A stretch of DNA of 64,000 bases from Candidatus Amesbacteria bacterium (GCA_963736875.1 CAVTQH010000004.1:88050-152049), one strand, 5' to 3'; numbered from the stretch's first letter, positions 1 through 10,608 are shown. Numbers and translations: made by a program. Notes: generated from the sequence alone by a model not told the origin.

Positions 1-1064
1 TATTCAATGAACCCAATCACGCTAAAGAATGGGGAAATGAAGTTTCCCCGGGGGATTACACCTCAATATTAAACGATGCCAGAGACATATTTTTATCAAG
101 GTCGCCGGATTTCTTTCTTATCTCTGCGGGTTTGGACATGTCGGCCCCCACAAATCAGACTTCGCTTGATGCCTTAAGATTTTACAAAACAATGACAAAC
201 GCCAATCCTTCCTGGTACCGGGCTATAGACGGCCTGGGTGTTCATGCATACCCCAATCCCGGATTTGTCTCATCTCCGTGGTCAAAAAGCAGATTTGGTA
301 TTACAAGTTACCAATATGAAGTTAAATATCTAAAATCACTGGGCTTTTCTTCAAAACCTGTTTTTATCACTGAAACAGGATACCTGGGACAAGAGGATTT
401 TTATACTGTCTCATTAAATAAAATCTGGTTGGATAAAAATATTGTTGCCATTACTCCATTTGTTTTATTTGCAGGTGATGGAGATTTTATTCAATTTTCA
501 CTACTGGATCTTTCACACCAACCCAAAAAAACATATCTTTCCATTCAGAAACTCCCAAAAATTCAGGGAAGCCCGTTGTTAAATGACATAATTGCCCCTT
601 TACCCGTAAATTCATCTGATTTCGTTTCCGCTTCGGTGTCAGCCGCTTCAAAACCCGATATTATTACCCGCTTAAAAAATATCCTCTTTCCTCCTCAGCC
701 TTCACTCTTAATCGGTCAAAATACTGTAAAAGTGGAAATTGTCCGGTCTGCGGAAGATCAAAGTCGGGGTTTATCCAATAGATCCTTCCTACCCTCCGGT
801 TCAGGTATGCTTTTTATATTTGATAAACCGCAAATTCGGTCTTTTTGGATGAAAGATATGCTGTTTCCCTTAGATTTTATCTGGATAAATGACTTACAGG
901 TTGTTCAGATCGACGAAAATGTTCAGCCTCCCGAAAATAAATTTGCTCCGCCTTCTGTAATCAACTCCCGACAGCCTGTTGATTGGGTGCTGGAGGTCAA
1001 TGCCGGATTTGCCGCAGTCAATTCTGTTAAAGTTGGTGACAGGGTTGTGCTAAACTCACCATAA
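1..1064 (+). CDS. Glycoside hydrolase family 5-like catalytic region fused to a C-terminal DUF192 domain; 5' end lies outside the window
   Basis: Frame is open from nt 3. It carries the GH5 acid/base motif FNEPNHAKEWG and nucleophile motif FITETGY. The C-terminal part (MLFIFDKPQ...FPLDFIWIN) is DUF192-like. Confidence 0.5.
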   Translation, partial: FNEPNHAKEWGNEVSPGDYTSILNDARDIFLSRSPDFFLISAGLDMSAPTNQTSLDALRFYKTMTNANPSWYRAIDGLGVHAYPNPGFVSSPWSKSRFGITSYQYEVKYLKSLGFSSKPVFITETGYLGQEDFYTVSLNKIWLDKNIVAITPFVLFAGDGDFIQFSLLDLSHQPKKTYLSIQKLPKIQGSPLLNDIIAPLPVNSSDFVSASVSAASKPDIITRLKNILFPPQPSLLIGQNTVKVEIVRSAEDQSRGLSNRSFLPSGSGMLFIFDKPQIRSFWMKDMLFPLDFIWINDLQVVQIDENVQPPENKFAPPSVINSRQPVDWVLEVNAGFAAVNSVKVGDRVVLNSP

Positions 1065-1073
1065 AGAAAGGGG

Positions 1074-1331
1074 GTGAAATTTGTGACCAATCTCAAAATC
1101 GGATCAGTCTCGCACTATTACCCAAAAATTGGCGTAGCTGTAATTGATTTGGTTTCTTCCGTTCACACGGGAGACAAGATATCTTTTTCGGGTTCAACAA
1201 ATTACGTTCAAACCATAGAGTCTATGCAAATTGAACATGAATCCATCAGCGGGGCCAAAAAGGGCCAAACAATCGGATTAAAAGTTGATCAGCCAGTTCG
1301 TCCCGGAGACGAAGTTAGCAAAGCTTCATAG
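1074..1331 (+). CDS. Small hypothetical protein, possibly a beta-barrel domain
   Basis: 85-aa ORF tightly packed after the upstream gene. No motif recognised. Confidence 0.3.
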   Translation: MKFVTNLKIGSVSHYYPKIGVAVIDLVSSVHTGDKISFSGSTNYVQTIESMQIEHESISGAKKGQTIGLKVDQPVRPGDEVSKAS

Positions 1332-1741
1332 ATTCTTGAAGTCAAAATATGATTTGGCATCAGGCGCCGGATGTATTACGTCGGGTAAAATTCCTTTCAT
1401 CTCACTTAAACTTGGACCACATTATTCCCAGTCAGGTATTTTGCTTCAGAAGTCGGGGTTCTTCCGGCAGGGCGACAGCCCGTATCTGGAGTCTGCCGAA
1501 AATATGGCAGCAGGCGCTAAATGTATCTCCCGGATATTGCCTTGAGGTTATCAGTGAGAAATATGACAGACTTACCGAAGCCCAGAAGGAAAAGGTTGTT
1601 ATTCATGAGTTGTTACACATTCCCGGAACATTTTCCGGCAGTCTCAGTCCTCACCGCAATATTCGCCGCAGGACTTTTCTTCATTATCATGACCAAGTAG
1701 AAAGACTTTTTCACTCTTTAGTTAAAAAATCTTACGAATAA
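1285..1741 (+). CDS. Putative zinc metallopeptidase (HExxH, SprT/DUF45-like); two overlapping ORFs in different frames, apparent frameshift
   Basis: HELLH...H motif in the 1349..1741 ORF. The overlapping 1285..1545 ORF in another frame looks like its N-terminal part. Confidence 0.35.
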
Positions 1742-1744
1742 AAT

Positions 1745-2395
1745 ATGTTGGTAATTCACGGAAAAAATCAGGTTGCTTCAAGAGCTCAATATATTTCTCT
1801 TAAAAAACAGGAAATATTAAAAAATAAACAAATTCTGGAACTGTCGGGGTCCTCAATTACTTTTTCTCAGTTGAAGTTATCAGTGCAATCGGGGACATTG
1901 TTTGGTGATTCCACAGGCATTTTCATTCAGGACTTTTTTTCCTCCAGGCCATCAGCGGAAAAAAAATCAATTATTAAATTTTTGCTCGCTGATCCTGAAA
2001 TCGGAATAGTTTTCTGGGAAGGTAAGGATGTATCAGATCAGTTAAAAGAATTTCCACAAAATATTTATCAAAAATTTGATTTACCAAGAAGTACATTTAA
2101 TTTTTTAAATACGTTTTCTCTTTTGGATTTAACAAATTCATTACAAACATCCCCCCCGGAACAGATTTTGAATTTACTTATTAATCACCTGCATTCCCTG
2201 ATACTTGAAAAAGAGCATCTGGGTGAACCTTCCGGCTGGAAATCAGAAAAACTAAACAAGCAGTCATCAAAATATTCACTATTAAAATTAACGGAGTTAT
2301 ATTTGGATCTTTTAGACCTTGATTACAAAAATAAAACCTCTTCTTTTCCATACAACCTGGTTTCTGGGCTTGAACTTTGGGTATCCAGGCTTTAG
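1745..2395 (+). CDS. holA: DNA polymerase III delta subunit-like protein
   Basis: Size and N-terminal pattern (YISLKKQ...LFGDSTGIFIQ) resemble HolA. Weak. Confidence 0.35.
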   Translation: MLVIHGKNQVASRAQYISLKKQEILKNKQILELSGSSITFSQLKLSVQSGTLFGDSTGIFIQDFFSSRPSAEKKSIIKFLLADPEIGIVFWEGKDVSDQLKEFPQNIYQKFDLPRSTFNFLNTFSLLDLTNSLQTSPPEQILNLLINHLHSLILEKEHLGEPSGWKSEKLNKQSSKYSLLKLTELYLDLLDLDYKNKTSSFPYNLVSGLELWVSRL

Positions 2396-2407
2396 GATTA
2401 ATATTCA

Positions 2408-3424
2408 GTGGATTCTTTAAACGTTTATCAATCGCTTTTGGATTTTCCCAAACAGTGCTCTCAGGTTATCTCTGAAATATCCGAAACGACATTACCTTCT
2501 GATTGTGATTCTGTTAATAATATAGTCGTTTCAGGTATGGGCGGATCGGCATTAGGCGGAAGAGTTATCCAATATCTGGAACGAAACAGTTTAAAAACCC
2601 CCATTGTCATATCAACAGAGTACTTTTTACCGGAATTTGTGAACAAGGACAGCCTGGTAATAATTTCCAGTTATTCGGGTAATACTCAGGAAACAGTTTC
2701 TTCATTTAAAGATGCCATCAAACGCCGGGCAAAAATATTTGTGATAGCTACCGGTGGTGAAATTGCAAAAATGGCTAAGGAGGCGAACATTCCGGGTTAC
2801 ATATTTGATCCCCGTTTTAATTCCTGCTCCGAACCCAGAATGGGTCTTGGTTACAACATTATGTCGATCATCTGTACTTTGGACAGGTGCCGTTTGACAA
2901 AACCATTGGAGAATCTGGAATCTTTAACCGGTTATCTGACTCAAAAGCAATCGGACAATGAAAAATATCAACAACTGGCTGAGGAATTATCAGGAAAAAT
3001 TCCGCTGTTTATTGCCAGCGAGCACCTGACGGGAGCCTTGCACTGTATCAAAAATCAATTTAACGAAACCGCCAAGAATTTTTCCTTGTATTTTGATCTT
3101 CCGGAACTTAATCACCACCTTCTTGAGGGTTTGGCATACCCACCTTCCAATCCCGAAAACCTAATTTTTGTTTTGGTAAATTCAAAATATTATCATCCCG
3201 AAGTAGCCAAAAGATATCCTGTTTCTTTAGAAATTATTCAAAAACAACACTTTATTACCCAAGAGATCAAACTCGATGGTCCTTCCCCGCTTTTTGAAGT
3301 AATGGAGTTGATTCAAATGGGTGCTTTCTGCGCTTATTATCTTTCCCAGCTAAACCAGGTCGATCCGGGGGTTATTCCGTGGGTAGATTATTTTAAGAAA
3401 GCTTTTTCCTCTCCAAGCGGGTAA
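2408..3424 (+). CDS. pgi: Bifunctional phosphoglucose/phosphomannose isomerase (SIS domain, archaeal type)
   Basis: VVSGMGGSALGG SIS motif, 338 aa, GTG start. Confidence 0.8.
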   Translation: MDSLNVYQSLLDFPKQCSQVISEISETTLPSDCDSVNNIVVSGMGGSALGGRVIQYLERNSLKTPIVISTEYFLPEFVNKDSLVIISSYSGNTQETVSSFKDAIKRRAKIFVIATGGEIAKMAKEANIPGYIFDPRFNSCSEPRMGLGYNIMSIICTLDRCRLTKPLENLESLTGYLTQKQSDNEKYQQLAEELSGKIPLFIASEHLTGALHCIKNQFNETAKNFSLYFDLPELNHHLLEGLAYPPSNPENLIFVLVNSKYYHPEVAKRYPVSLEIIQKQHFITQEIKLDGPSPLFEVMELIQMGAFCAYYLSQLNQVDPGVIPWVDYFKKAFSSPSG

Positions 3425-3453
3425 ACAATATTGTATACTTTTCCTACTGCCCT

Positions 3454-5751
3454 ATGAAATTTGTCAAATGGTTTGAAGATTTATCTAAAGAAGATGTCAA
3501 TATTGCCGGAGGCAAAGGAGCAAATCTCGGGGAATTAACCAAGGCTAAAATTCCCGTTCCTCCCGGTTTTGTAGTTCTTTCTTCAGCTTATTTTCATTTT
3601 CTGGAGTTTAATAAACTTCGTCCTCATATCCACCATATTTTATCCAATTGTGATGTTCTGGACCCTAATCAGCTGGAAACCGCCTCCCATAAAATTCAGG
3701 ATCTTTTGGATAAGTCGGAAATTCCGGATGACATTTCTTCTGAAGTATTTGCTTCCTATCAAAAATTGTGCGAGCAAAATCCATTATTTCATTCTACCCT
3801 GCCAGTAGCTGTCAGGTCATCAGCTACGGCAGAAGATTTGCCGGATGCTTCTTTTGCGGGACAGCAGGAGTCATATTTAAACATATCGGGAGACGCTAAT
3901 GTTTTACTTAAAGTTAAAGACTGCTGGACATCTCTTTTTGGTGCAAGAAGTATTTTTTACCGTGAGCAGCAGAAATATGATCATTTCAAAGTAGGTATCG
4001 CCGTTCCTGTGCAAAAAATGGTTCAGTCAGACGTGTCCGGGGTAATGTTTACGGTTGATCCCATATCCCAGGATAAAGACCGGCTGGTGATTGAGGCAGG
4101 ATACGGCCTTGGAGATTATATTGTTCAGGGTGTCATCACCCCTGACCATTACGAGGTATCAAAATCAGATCTCAAAATTGTTAATAAACAGCTTCATAGT
4201 CAGGAAATAATGGAAATCAGAAGCCTGCATGGCGTGAAACAACAAAAAGTTCCTGCAAAAATTCAGTCCAGGCAAAAATTGTCAGACAGTCTGATTGTCG
4301 AATTGTCACAGATTGGAAAAAAAATTCATCATCATTATTTTTTCCCCCAGGATATTGAGTGGGCTTTGGAAAAAGGTAAATTGTATATTACGCAGTCCAG
4401 ACCAATTACCACTCTGGATACTAATTCTCAAACTGCTTTGGCAGGTGCGGTTGTTAAACCAATAATAAATCTCGAAAAAATTCTTTCAGGAGCCCCTGCT
4501 TCACCCGGTGTTGTTGTCGGCCCCGTAAAAATTGTTCCTGATGTCAAACATCTGGATAAGGTTAAAAATGGTGACATTATGGTTACGGACATGACCACGC
4601 CGGATTTTGTGCCGGCCATGAAAAGGGCTACCGGAATCATTACCAACCGGGGAGGTCTGACTTCGCATGCAGCCATCGTATCCCGGGAACTGGGAGTAAC
4701 TTGTGTGGTCGGTACTTCAAATGCCACAAAAATATTAAAGGACGGAATGGTAGTAACTGTCGACGGAGGAAGTGGGGAAATATATAAGGGGGGAGCACCT
4801 AAATCATCCATTTCCGTCATACCTCATCCTGTATATAAGGAAGATAAAAATGTCGATACTGCCACCAAAATATATGTAAACCTGGCGGAAACGGAATTAG
4901 TTAAAGAAATCTCTGAGCGTCATGTCGATGGTGTCGGACTTCTTCGTGCAGAATTTATGATTGCCGGAATCGGTGTCCATCCCAAAAAATTGATTCATGA
5001 CCACAAGGAACACGAATTTATCAATAAACTTGCTCACGATATCTCTATTTTCTGCAAAGGTTTCAATCCCCGGCCTGTCATCTACAGAGCCACTGATTTT
5101 AAAACCAATGAATACCGCGCCCTTAAGGGAGGAGAAAAATACGAACCGGAAGAGAGTAACCCGATGCTGGGATTTCGGGGTGCCTACCGTTATATAAAAA
5201 CCCCTGAAGTGTTTAATCTTGAGTTGGAAGCTATTAAAAAAGTCAGAAACAAAATGGGGTATAAAAATCTTCACCTGATGATTCCTTTCGTATCTACGGT
5301 TGATGAAATGATTGAAGTAAAAAAATTAGTGGCAGCATCCGGACTTTACCGTTCTTCACAATTTAAACTATTTATGATGGTGGAAATACCCGCCAACGTA
5401 ATTCTTTTAGAAGATTTTATTGATATCGGAATTGACGGAGTATCGATAGGCAGTAATGACCTTACCATGCTGATTCTCGGCATCGACCGCGATAACAGTG
5501 AAGTGGCACCGGTATTTAATGAGCGCAATCCGGCAGTCCTCTGGGCGCTGGAAAGAATTATCAAAACCTGTGTCAAGAAAGGCATAGCCTGCGGTATCTG
5601 CGGTCAGGCACCGTCCGAATATCCGGAACTGGTGGAAAAATTGGTCAACTGGGGAATTACCAGCATTTCCGTTAACCCTGATGTTATTGCCAGAACCCGT
5701 GAAATTGTATACCATTGTGAAGAGAGGTTAATAGAAAATGCCAAAAATTAA
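3454..5751 (+). CDS. ppsA: Phosphoenolpyruvate synthase (PEP-utilising enzyme)
   Basis: N-terminal GGKGANLGEL motif, mobile-domain motif GGLTSHAAIVSRELGVTCVVG, C-terminal PEP-utilising TIM barrel. 765 aa. Confidence 0.9.
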   Translation: MKFVKWFEDLSKEDVNIAGGKGANLGELTKAKIPVPPGFVVLSSAYFHFLEFNKLRPHIHHILSNCDVLDPNQLETASHKIQDLLDKSEIPDDISSEVFASYQKLCEQNPLFHSTLPVAVRSSATAEDLPDASFAGQQESYLNISGDANVLLKVKDCWTSLFGARSIFYREQQKYDHFKVGIAVPVQKMVQSDVSGVMFTVDPISQDKDRLVIEAGYGLGDYIVQGVITPDHYEVSKSDLKIVNKQLHSQEIMEIRSLHGVKQQKVPAKIQSRQKLSDSLIVELSQIGKKIHHHYFFPQDIEWALEKGKLYITQSRPITTLDTNSQTALAGAVVKPIINLEKILSGAPASPGVVVGPVKIVPDVKHLDKVKNGDIMVTDMTTPDFVPAMKRATGIITNRGGLTSHAAIVSRELGVTCVVGTSNATKILKDGMVVTVDGGSGEIYKGGAPKSSISVIPHPVYKEDKNVDTATKIYVNLAETELVKEISERHVDGVGLLRAEFMIAGIGVHPKKLIHDHKEHEFINKLAHDISIFCKGFNPRPVIYRATDFKTNEYRALKGGEKYEPEESNPMLGFRGAYRYIKTPEVFNLELEAIKKVRNKMGYKNLHLMIPFVSTVDEMIEVKKLVAASGLYRSSQFKLFMMVEIPANVILLEDFIDIGIDGVSIGSNDLTMLILGIDRDNSEVAPVFNERNPAVLWALERIIKTCVKKGIACGICGQAPSEYPELVEKLVNWGITSISVNPDVIARTREIVYHCEERLIENAKN

Positions 5752-6997
5752 TCGCGTTTACGGCCGGGAGATTATTGATTCCAGAAGTAATCCCACTATT
5801 GAAGCCATTGCGGTTCTGGACGACGGCAGTTTTGGTATGGCCTCGGTCCCTTCGGGCAGTTCTACCGGGGCTTATGAATGCATCGAGTTGCATGACGGCG
5901 ACCCCAACCGCTATTTTGGCAAAGGCGTGCTTAAATCCGTAAATTTTATTAACAACGACATTAATAAAGCTCTTTCCGGACAATCAGCTGATTCTACCCA
6001 GCAGGTAGATAAACTACTTCTGGATTTGGACGGTACTGCCAATAAAAGTCACTTCGGAGCCAATACTCTTCTGGGTGTTTCCATGGCCATCACCAAAGCC
6101 CTGGCACTTTCTCATAAGATGCCCCTTTATAAATATATCGCTGCCTTATCAGACAATAAACAGACCCTTTTTATCCCCACTCCCGTATTTAATATGATTA
6201 ATGGCGGCAAACACGGTGCCGGCAATCTGGATTTTCAGGAATTTCATGTCATCCCTACCAGAAATACTTCTTTTTCTTCCATGCTTCAGACGGGGGTGGA
6301 AATTTATCAAACCATAAAGAATCTGCTCTCCCGTCGCGGTGCCATTCATAGCGTGGGAGATGAAGGCGGATTTGCTCCGAATCTTTTTACTAATCTGGAC
6401 GCTTTGGAAATACTGGTGGAATCCGTAAACGAATGCCACCGAAAGTTGACAATCGACGTTGAGCTGGGTCTGGATGTCGCTGCTAACACATTTTTTAAAG
6501 ATGGAAAATATACCATTAAAGACAGAAGCAGTGCCATGGATACGTCGGAATTTGTGGATTATTTACGTGATCTGAACAAGCAATATCATTTACAGCTTTT
6601 GGAGGATCCTTTACATGAAAATGATTGGAAAGGCTGGTCCAGTCTGACCGCTGAATTGGGGGGCAGTACCATTGTAATAGGTGATGATCTGCTGGCAACA
6701 AACAAGGACAAAGTTACCAAGGCTATCGCTGAAAAAGCCTGTAACGGAATTATTGTCAAACCCAATCAGATCGGAACGGTTACCGAATCCATCGCCGTCG
6801 TCAAACAGGCACACGCCGCCGGATGGAAAACCAATGCCTCCCACCGTTCCGGTGAAACCGTCGATACTTTTATTGCGGATTTTGCTGTCGGTGTGGGGGC
6901 TGATTATGCCAAATTCGGAGCCCCTGCCCGCGGTGAAAGGGTAGTCAAATACAACCGTTTCTTAGCCATAGAATCGGAATTGTCTGCTTCTTCATAA
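5738..6997 (+). CDS. eno: Enolase
   Basis: SHRSGETVDTFIADFAVG and other enolase signature blocks. Start overlaps the ppsA stop by 14 nt. Confidence 0.95.
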   Translation: MPKINRVYGREIIDSRSNPTIEAIAVLDDGSFGMASVPSGSSTGAYECIELHDGDPNRYFGKGVLKSVNFINNDINKALSGQSADSTQQVDKLLLDLDGTANKSHFGANTLLGVSMAITKALALSHKMPLYKYIAALSDNKQTLFIPTPVFNMINGGKHGAGNLDFQEFHVIPTRNTSFSSMLQTGVEIYQTIKNLLSRRGAIHSVGDEGGFAPNLFTNLDALEILVESVNECHRKLTIDVELGLDVAANTFFKDGKYTIKDRSSAMDTSEFVDYLRDLNKQYHLQLLEDPLHENDWKGWSSLTAELGGSTIVIGDDLLATNKDKVTKAIAEKACNGIIVKPNQIGTVTESIAVVKQAHAAGWKTNASHRSGETVDTFIADFAVGVGADYAKFGAPARGERVVKYNRFLAIESELSASS

Positions 6998-7003
6998 GAA
7001 TTT

Positions 7004-8647
7004 ATGCCTTTATCCTCCCGAGCCAAACCAGTAGTTTTGGCCATACTTGATGGTTGGGGTATTGCCCCCTCCGGACCCGGAAACTCCATCTCTCTTGCGT
7101 CAACCCCCAATATCACCTCTTACTGGAACAACTATACCCATACTCAGATTATTGCCCACGGAGAATCTGTCGGTTTACCCAAAAGGGAACCGGGTAACAC
7201 CGAAACCGGACATTTAAATCTCGGTGCCGGCAGTGTGGTTTATCAGGATCTTCCCAGAATAAATATGTCTATAGCTGACGGTAGTTTTTTCCAAAATCCC
7301 AGCCTTTTAGCTGCCGCCAAGCATGTTCTTGAAAATTCTTCTCAAATGCATTTAATGGGATTGGTGGGAGGAGGCGGGGTACATTCCGATCTTTCGCATT
7401 TCTATGCTCTTTTAAGGTTTTGCCATCAACAGCAGTTATCCCGTGTTTTTATTCATATTTTTACCGACGGCCGTGATTCCCCTCCCACATCAGCTTTAAC
7501 TTATATTCATCAGCTGCAATCTGTAATGTCGCGTGAGGGGGTAGGTACAATTGCCACAGTTATGGGTAGGTATTACGCCATGGACCGGGATTTCCGCTGG
7601 GACAGAACCCAGAAAGCCTATCTTTGCCTGACAAAATCGGTGGGTAAGACTGCGCCGAATATCGAAACTGCGGTGCAACAGGCCTACGATCTAAAACAAA
7701 CCGACGAATTTGTTGAACCAACAGTGATACTTGATTCCCAAAATCAGCCAATTTCTTCAATTAAATCAGGCGATGCCGCGGTTTTTGTTAACTTCCGCAT
7801 CGATCGTCCCCGGGAGCTGACCAAGGCATTTGTTCTGGATAATTTTGAAAAAACGGCCAATATTATTGGATTTGATCCCTATTCAATCGAATATCTGAAA
7901 AAGCACGATATCTCGGGTATTCAAATATCACAACAGCCTCCTTTTTCCCGGCCTGAAAAAATCGCAAATTTGTATTTCGTTACTATGACCGAATATGAAA
8001 AAAATCTTCCGGTTCACATTTCTTTTCCACCTCTGGCCGTGGAAAATCCGATTGGAAAAATCATATCCGAACACGGGTTGTCACAACTGCGTGTTTCCGA
8101 ATCTGAAAAAGAAAGATTTGTTACTTATTATTTTAACGGTCTCAAAGAAACTCCTTTTTCCCGCGAAGAACGGATAATCATTCCTTCCCCGAAAGTACCT
8201 ACTTACGATAAAAAACCCGAAATGTCTGCTTATGAAACCACCAAACGCCTGATTGAAGCCATTAAATCAAATAAATACGATTTTATCGTAATTAACTATG
8301 CTAATCCTGACATGGTGGCTCATACCGGAAATATCAAGGCAGCAGTCAAAGCCGTAGAAACAACCGATACCTGTATCGGCCAGCTTGTACCGGTAATTTT
8401 GGAATGCGGAGGAGTACTGCTTATCACCGCCGATCACGGAAACGCTGAGGAAATGGTTAATGTTGCCACCGGAGAGGTGGATACGGAACACAATGCCAAT
8501 CCTGTTCCGCTTATAATTATCGGTAACAATTTTAAGACCGGTGCTCAAATCAGCCAGGGAATTCTGGCCGATATTGCTCCAACGATTCTTAATCTTTTGC
8601 AGATACCCTTACCTTTTACCATGAATGGACGTAATCTTATTCCCTAG
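7004..8647 (+). CDS. gpmI: 2,3-bisphosphoglycerate-independent phosphoglycerate mutase
   Basis: N-terminal ILDGWGIAPSGPGNSI and the C-terminal metal-binding blocks of iPGM. 547 aa. Confidence 0.9.
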   Translation: MPLSSRAKPVVLAILDGWGIAPSGPGNSISLASTPNITSYWNNYTHTQIIAHGESVGLPKREPGNTETGHLNLGAGSVVYQDLPRINMSIADGSFFQNPSLLAAAKHVLENSSQMHLMGLVGGGGVHSDLSHFYALLRFCHQQQLSRVFIHIFTDGRDSPPTSALTYIHQLQSVMSREGVGTIATVMGRYYAMDRDFRWDRTQKAYLCLTKSVGKTAPNIETAVQQAYDLKQTDEFVEPTVILDSQNQPISSIKSGDAAVFVNFRIDRPRELTKAFVLDNFEKTANIIGFDPYSIEYLKKHDISGIQISQQPPFSRPEKIANLYFVTMTEYEKNLPVHISFPPLAVENPIGKIISEHGLSQLRVSESEKERFVTYYFNGLKETPFSREERIIIPSPKVPTYDKKPEMSAYETTKRLIEAIKSNKYDFIVINYANPDMVAHTGNIKAAVKAVETTDTCIGQLVPVILECGGVLLITADHGNAEEMVNVATGEVDTEHNANPVPLIIIGNNFKTGAQISQGILADIAPTILNLLQIPLPFTMNGRNLIP

Positions 8648-9341
8648 GTATATAGACCAATATTGTCACCTCACCTCTGAATGTTTTTTCATCATCCGGA
8701 CCGATATATTCAAATATTTTTGTCATTTCACGGGCTACAACAATCTGCGCACCGGGATATCGGTCTTTTATGTCTGTTAAAGTTATTTTAATTCTTTTTG
8801 GTGATTCGTAAATTATGGTAGTGGTTTCTTCCGGAATTTCCCATTTTTTCGATAAATATCCCAGAAATAAAAATTTGTTTGTCGGCAAACCTGCAGCACT
8901 CAATGCGGCGGTCACAGCCGACGCTCCCGGGATAGGAACAACACTAAAACCATGTTCTTTAGCCGATTTCACAACTTTATAACCGGGATCAGAAATAAGG
9001 GGAGTACCCGCATCCGAGACAATCGCCAGATCGGTCTTTTCCAGGATTTCCAAGACTTTTTGAACTTGACCCGCTTCATTCCAGTCACGTACGGAAATAT
9101 ATTTTGGGTTAATTTGACCCGTAATATTTAATAATCTGGAATATTTCTCTTCTAAAATTGTAATCAACTGGCCTGTCCTTCTGGTATCTTCACAGGCAAT
9201 GACCGGTACACTGAGTAACACTTTTATGGCTCTGATGGAAATATCCTCCAGATTGCCAATCGGAGTTGCTACTACGTATAATGTTCCCATATGGAGATTA
9301 TAAGTTATGTCGTTGATTTTATCCTTCATATCGATATTCAT
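8637..9341 (-). CDS. rsmI: 16S rRNA (cytidine1402-2'-O)-methyltransferase RsmI (tetrapyrrole-methylase fold)
   Basis: GTLYVVATPIGNLEDIS motif. The true start may be the internal Met at ~9290, which abuts the dedA ATG (CATATG). Confidence 0.8.
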   Translation of the reverse strand: MNIDMKDKINDITYNLHMGTLYVVATPIGNLEDISIRAIKVLLSVPVIACEDTRRTGQLITILEEKYSRLLNITGQINPKYISVRDWNEAGQVQKVLEILEKTDLAIVSDAGTPLISDPGYKVVKSAKEHGFSVVPIPGASAVTAALSAAGLPTNKFLFLGYLSKKWEIPEETTTIIYESPKRIKITLTDIKDRYPGAQIVVAREMTKIFEYIGPDDEKTFRGEVTILVYIPRE

Positions 9342-9938
9342 TTAGGGAGTCTGATTTCCGCTTACGGCAATTTCGTATATGCAATTCTGTTTCTGATTAT
9401 TTTTCTTGAAACCGGACTGGTAATTACTCCGTTTTTACCTGGAGACAGTTTGGTATTTGCCGCAGGTGCTTTTTCAGCCTTAGGTTCGCTTAATGTCTTT
9501 CTTGTATTTTTATTACTGTCTTTTTCCGCCATTTTGGGAGACACCGCAAATTACTGGATAGGTTATTTTTTCGGAAAAAAAATTCTCAGCCATCCCAAAT
9601 TACCTATCAATCAGGAACATATAGACAAAACCAATGCCTTCTTCAAAAAGCACGGAGGAAAAACCATTATTTTGGCCAGATTTATGCCTTTTATCAGAAC
9701 TTTTGCCCCTTTCGTAGCAGGTATAGGCAAAATGAACTATAAAAATTTTATCTTTTATAATTTTATCGGTGGTATTTTATGGGTAGGTATGTTCACATTT
9801 GTCGGATATTTTTTCGGCAATGTGCCTTTTGTAAAACACAATTTTTCCCTGGTTATAATCGCGATTATCCTTCTTTCAGTTTCTCCCGCTTTCTATGAAT
9901 TTATCAGACACAAAATTAAAAAAACCTCTAATTACTAA
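9291..9938 (+). CDS. dedA: DedA/SNARE-associated family membrane protein
   Basis: ETGLVITPFLPGDSLVFAAGA motif, multi-TM. Confidence 0.8.
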   Translation: MEIISYVVDFILHIDIHLGSLISAYGNFVYAILFLIIFLETGLVITPFLPGDSLVFAAGAFSALGSLNVFLVFLLLSFSAILGDTANYWIGYFFGKKILSHPKLPINQEHIDKTNAFFKKHGGKTIILARFMPFIRTFAPFVAGIGKMNYKNFIFYNFIGGILWVGMFTFVGYFFGNVPFVKHNFSLVIIAIILLSVSPAFYEFIRHKIKKTSNY

Positions 9939-10569
9939 TACCGTACTTCCGGATTACTCCTACAACTTTTCCCTGAATTCTAACCTTGTCTCCGGCCACA
10001 AAAATCGGTGACATTGTAGAATTTGCAGGTTCCAGCCGTACCCTTGTAGCTTCTTTAAAAAATCTTTTCAGTGTAGCAAAGCCGTTGTCGAGTAACGCCA
10101 CTACCACTTCACCGTTACTGGCGGTTTCCGTTTGTTCGATCACCACATAATCTTTATCAAATATTCCTGCTTCGATCATCGAATCACCTTTTACCTGAAG
10201 AACGAAACAACGTTTCTTGGGATTTACCATACTCGGAGGGACGCTGAATATGGAGTTCGGGTCGGTATAAGGTTCAATTGGTGATCCTGCGGCAATAAAA
10301 CCAAGAACCGGTAATTCTATAGCCGCTTCACTGGAAGTTCTTTCCGCGGCATTTTTGTCCAGTATTTCCAGACCTCTGACAGAACCCTCGTATTTCTTAA
10401 TAACTCCTTTTTTAACCATTGCCTGTAAATGTTCATGTACGGTAGCCAGTGAACTTACTCCCAAAGCCTTGGCAATCTCCTGTAAAGTAGGGGAATACCC
10501 ATTTGCCTGAATATACTGTGCCACAAAATCCAGAATTTGCCTTTGCCTGTTGTATAAAGTTACCGGCAT
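9928..10569 (-). CDS. lexA: LexA repressor (S24 peptidase)
   Basis: N-terminal wHTH (QRQILDFV...LQEIAKALG), and the C-terminal GDSM...K catalytic Ser/Lys dyad. Confidence 0.9.
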   Translation of the reverse strand: MPVTLYNRQRQILDFVAQYIQANGYSPTLQEIAKALGVSSLATVHEHLQAMVKKGVIKKYEGSVRGLEILDKNAAERTSSEAAIELPVLGFIAAGSPIEPYTDPNSIFSVPPSMVNPKKRCFVLQVKGDSMIEAGIFDKDYVVIEQTETASNGEVVVALLDNGFATLKRFFKEATRVRLEPANSTMSPIFVAGDKVRIQGKVVGVIRKYGISN

Positions 10570-10582
10570 ACATATAATCTAA

Positions 10583-10605
10583 CCGAAGAAAACACAAATG
10601 TCAAG
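10583..10605. promoter_or_regulatory. Candidate SOS operator / lexA -35 region shared by the divergent lexA and uvrB promoters
   Basis: CCGAAGAAAACACAAATGTCAAG. On the lexA strand this gives TTGACA-17-TAGATT. The same 23-nt layout (CCGAA-N9-AATGTCAAG) recurs upstream of the Y-family polymerase cassette at 54320..54342. Confidence 0.3.
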
Positions 10606-10608
10606 CCT

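Noticed and set aside
4428-6844. Multiple 60-130-aa ORFs antisense to ppsA and eno (4428-4820, 4897-5274, 5346-5983, 6149-6844)
   Set aside because: They are fully embedded in strongly supported genes on the opposite strand, have no motifs and are low-complexity. They are typical spurious antisense ORFs.
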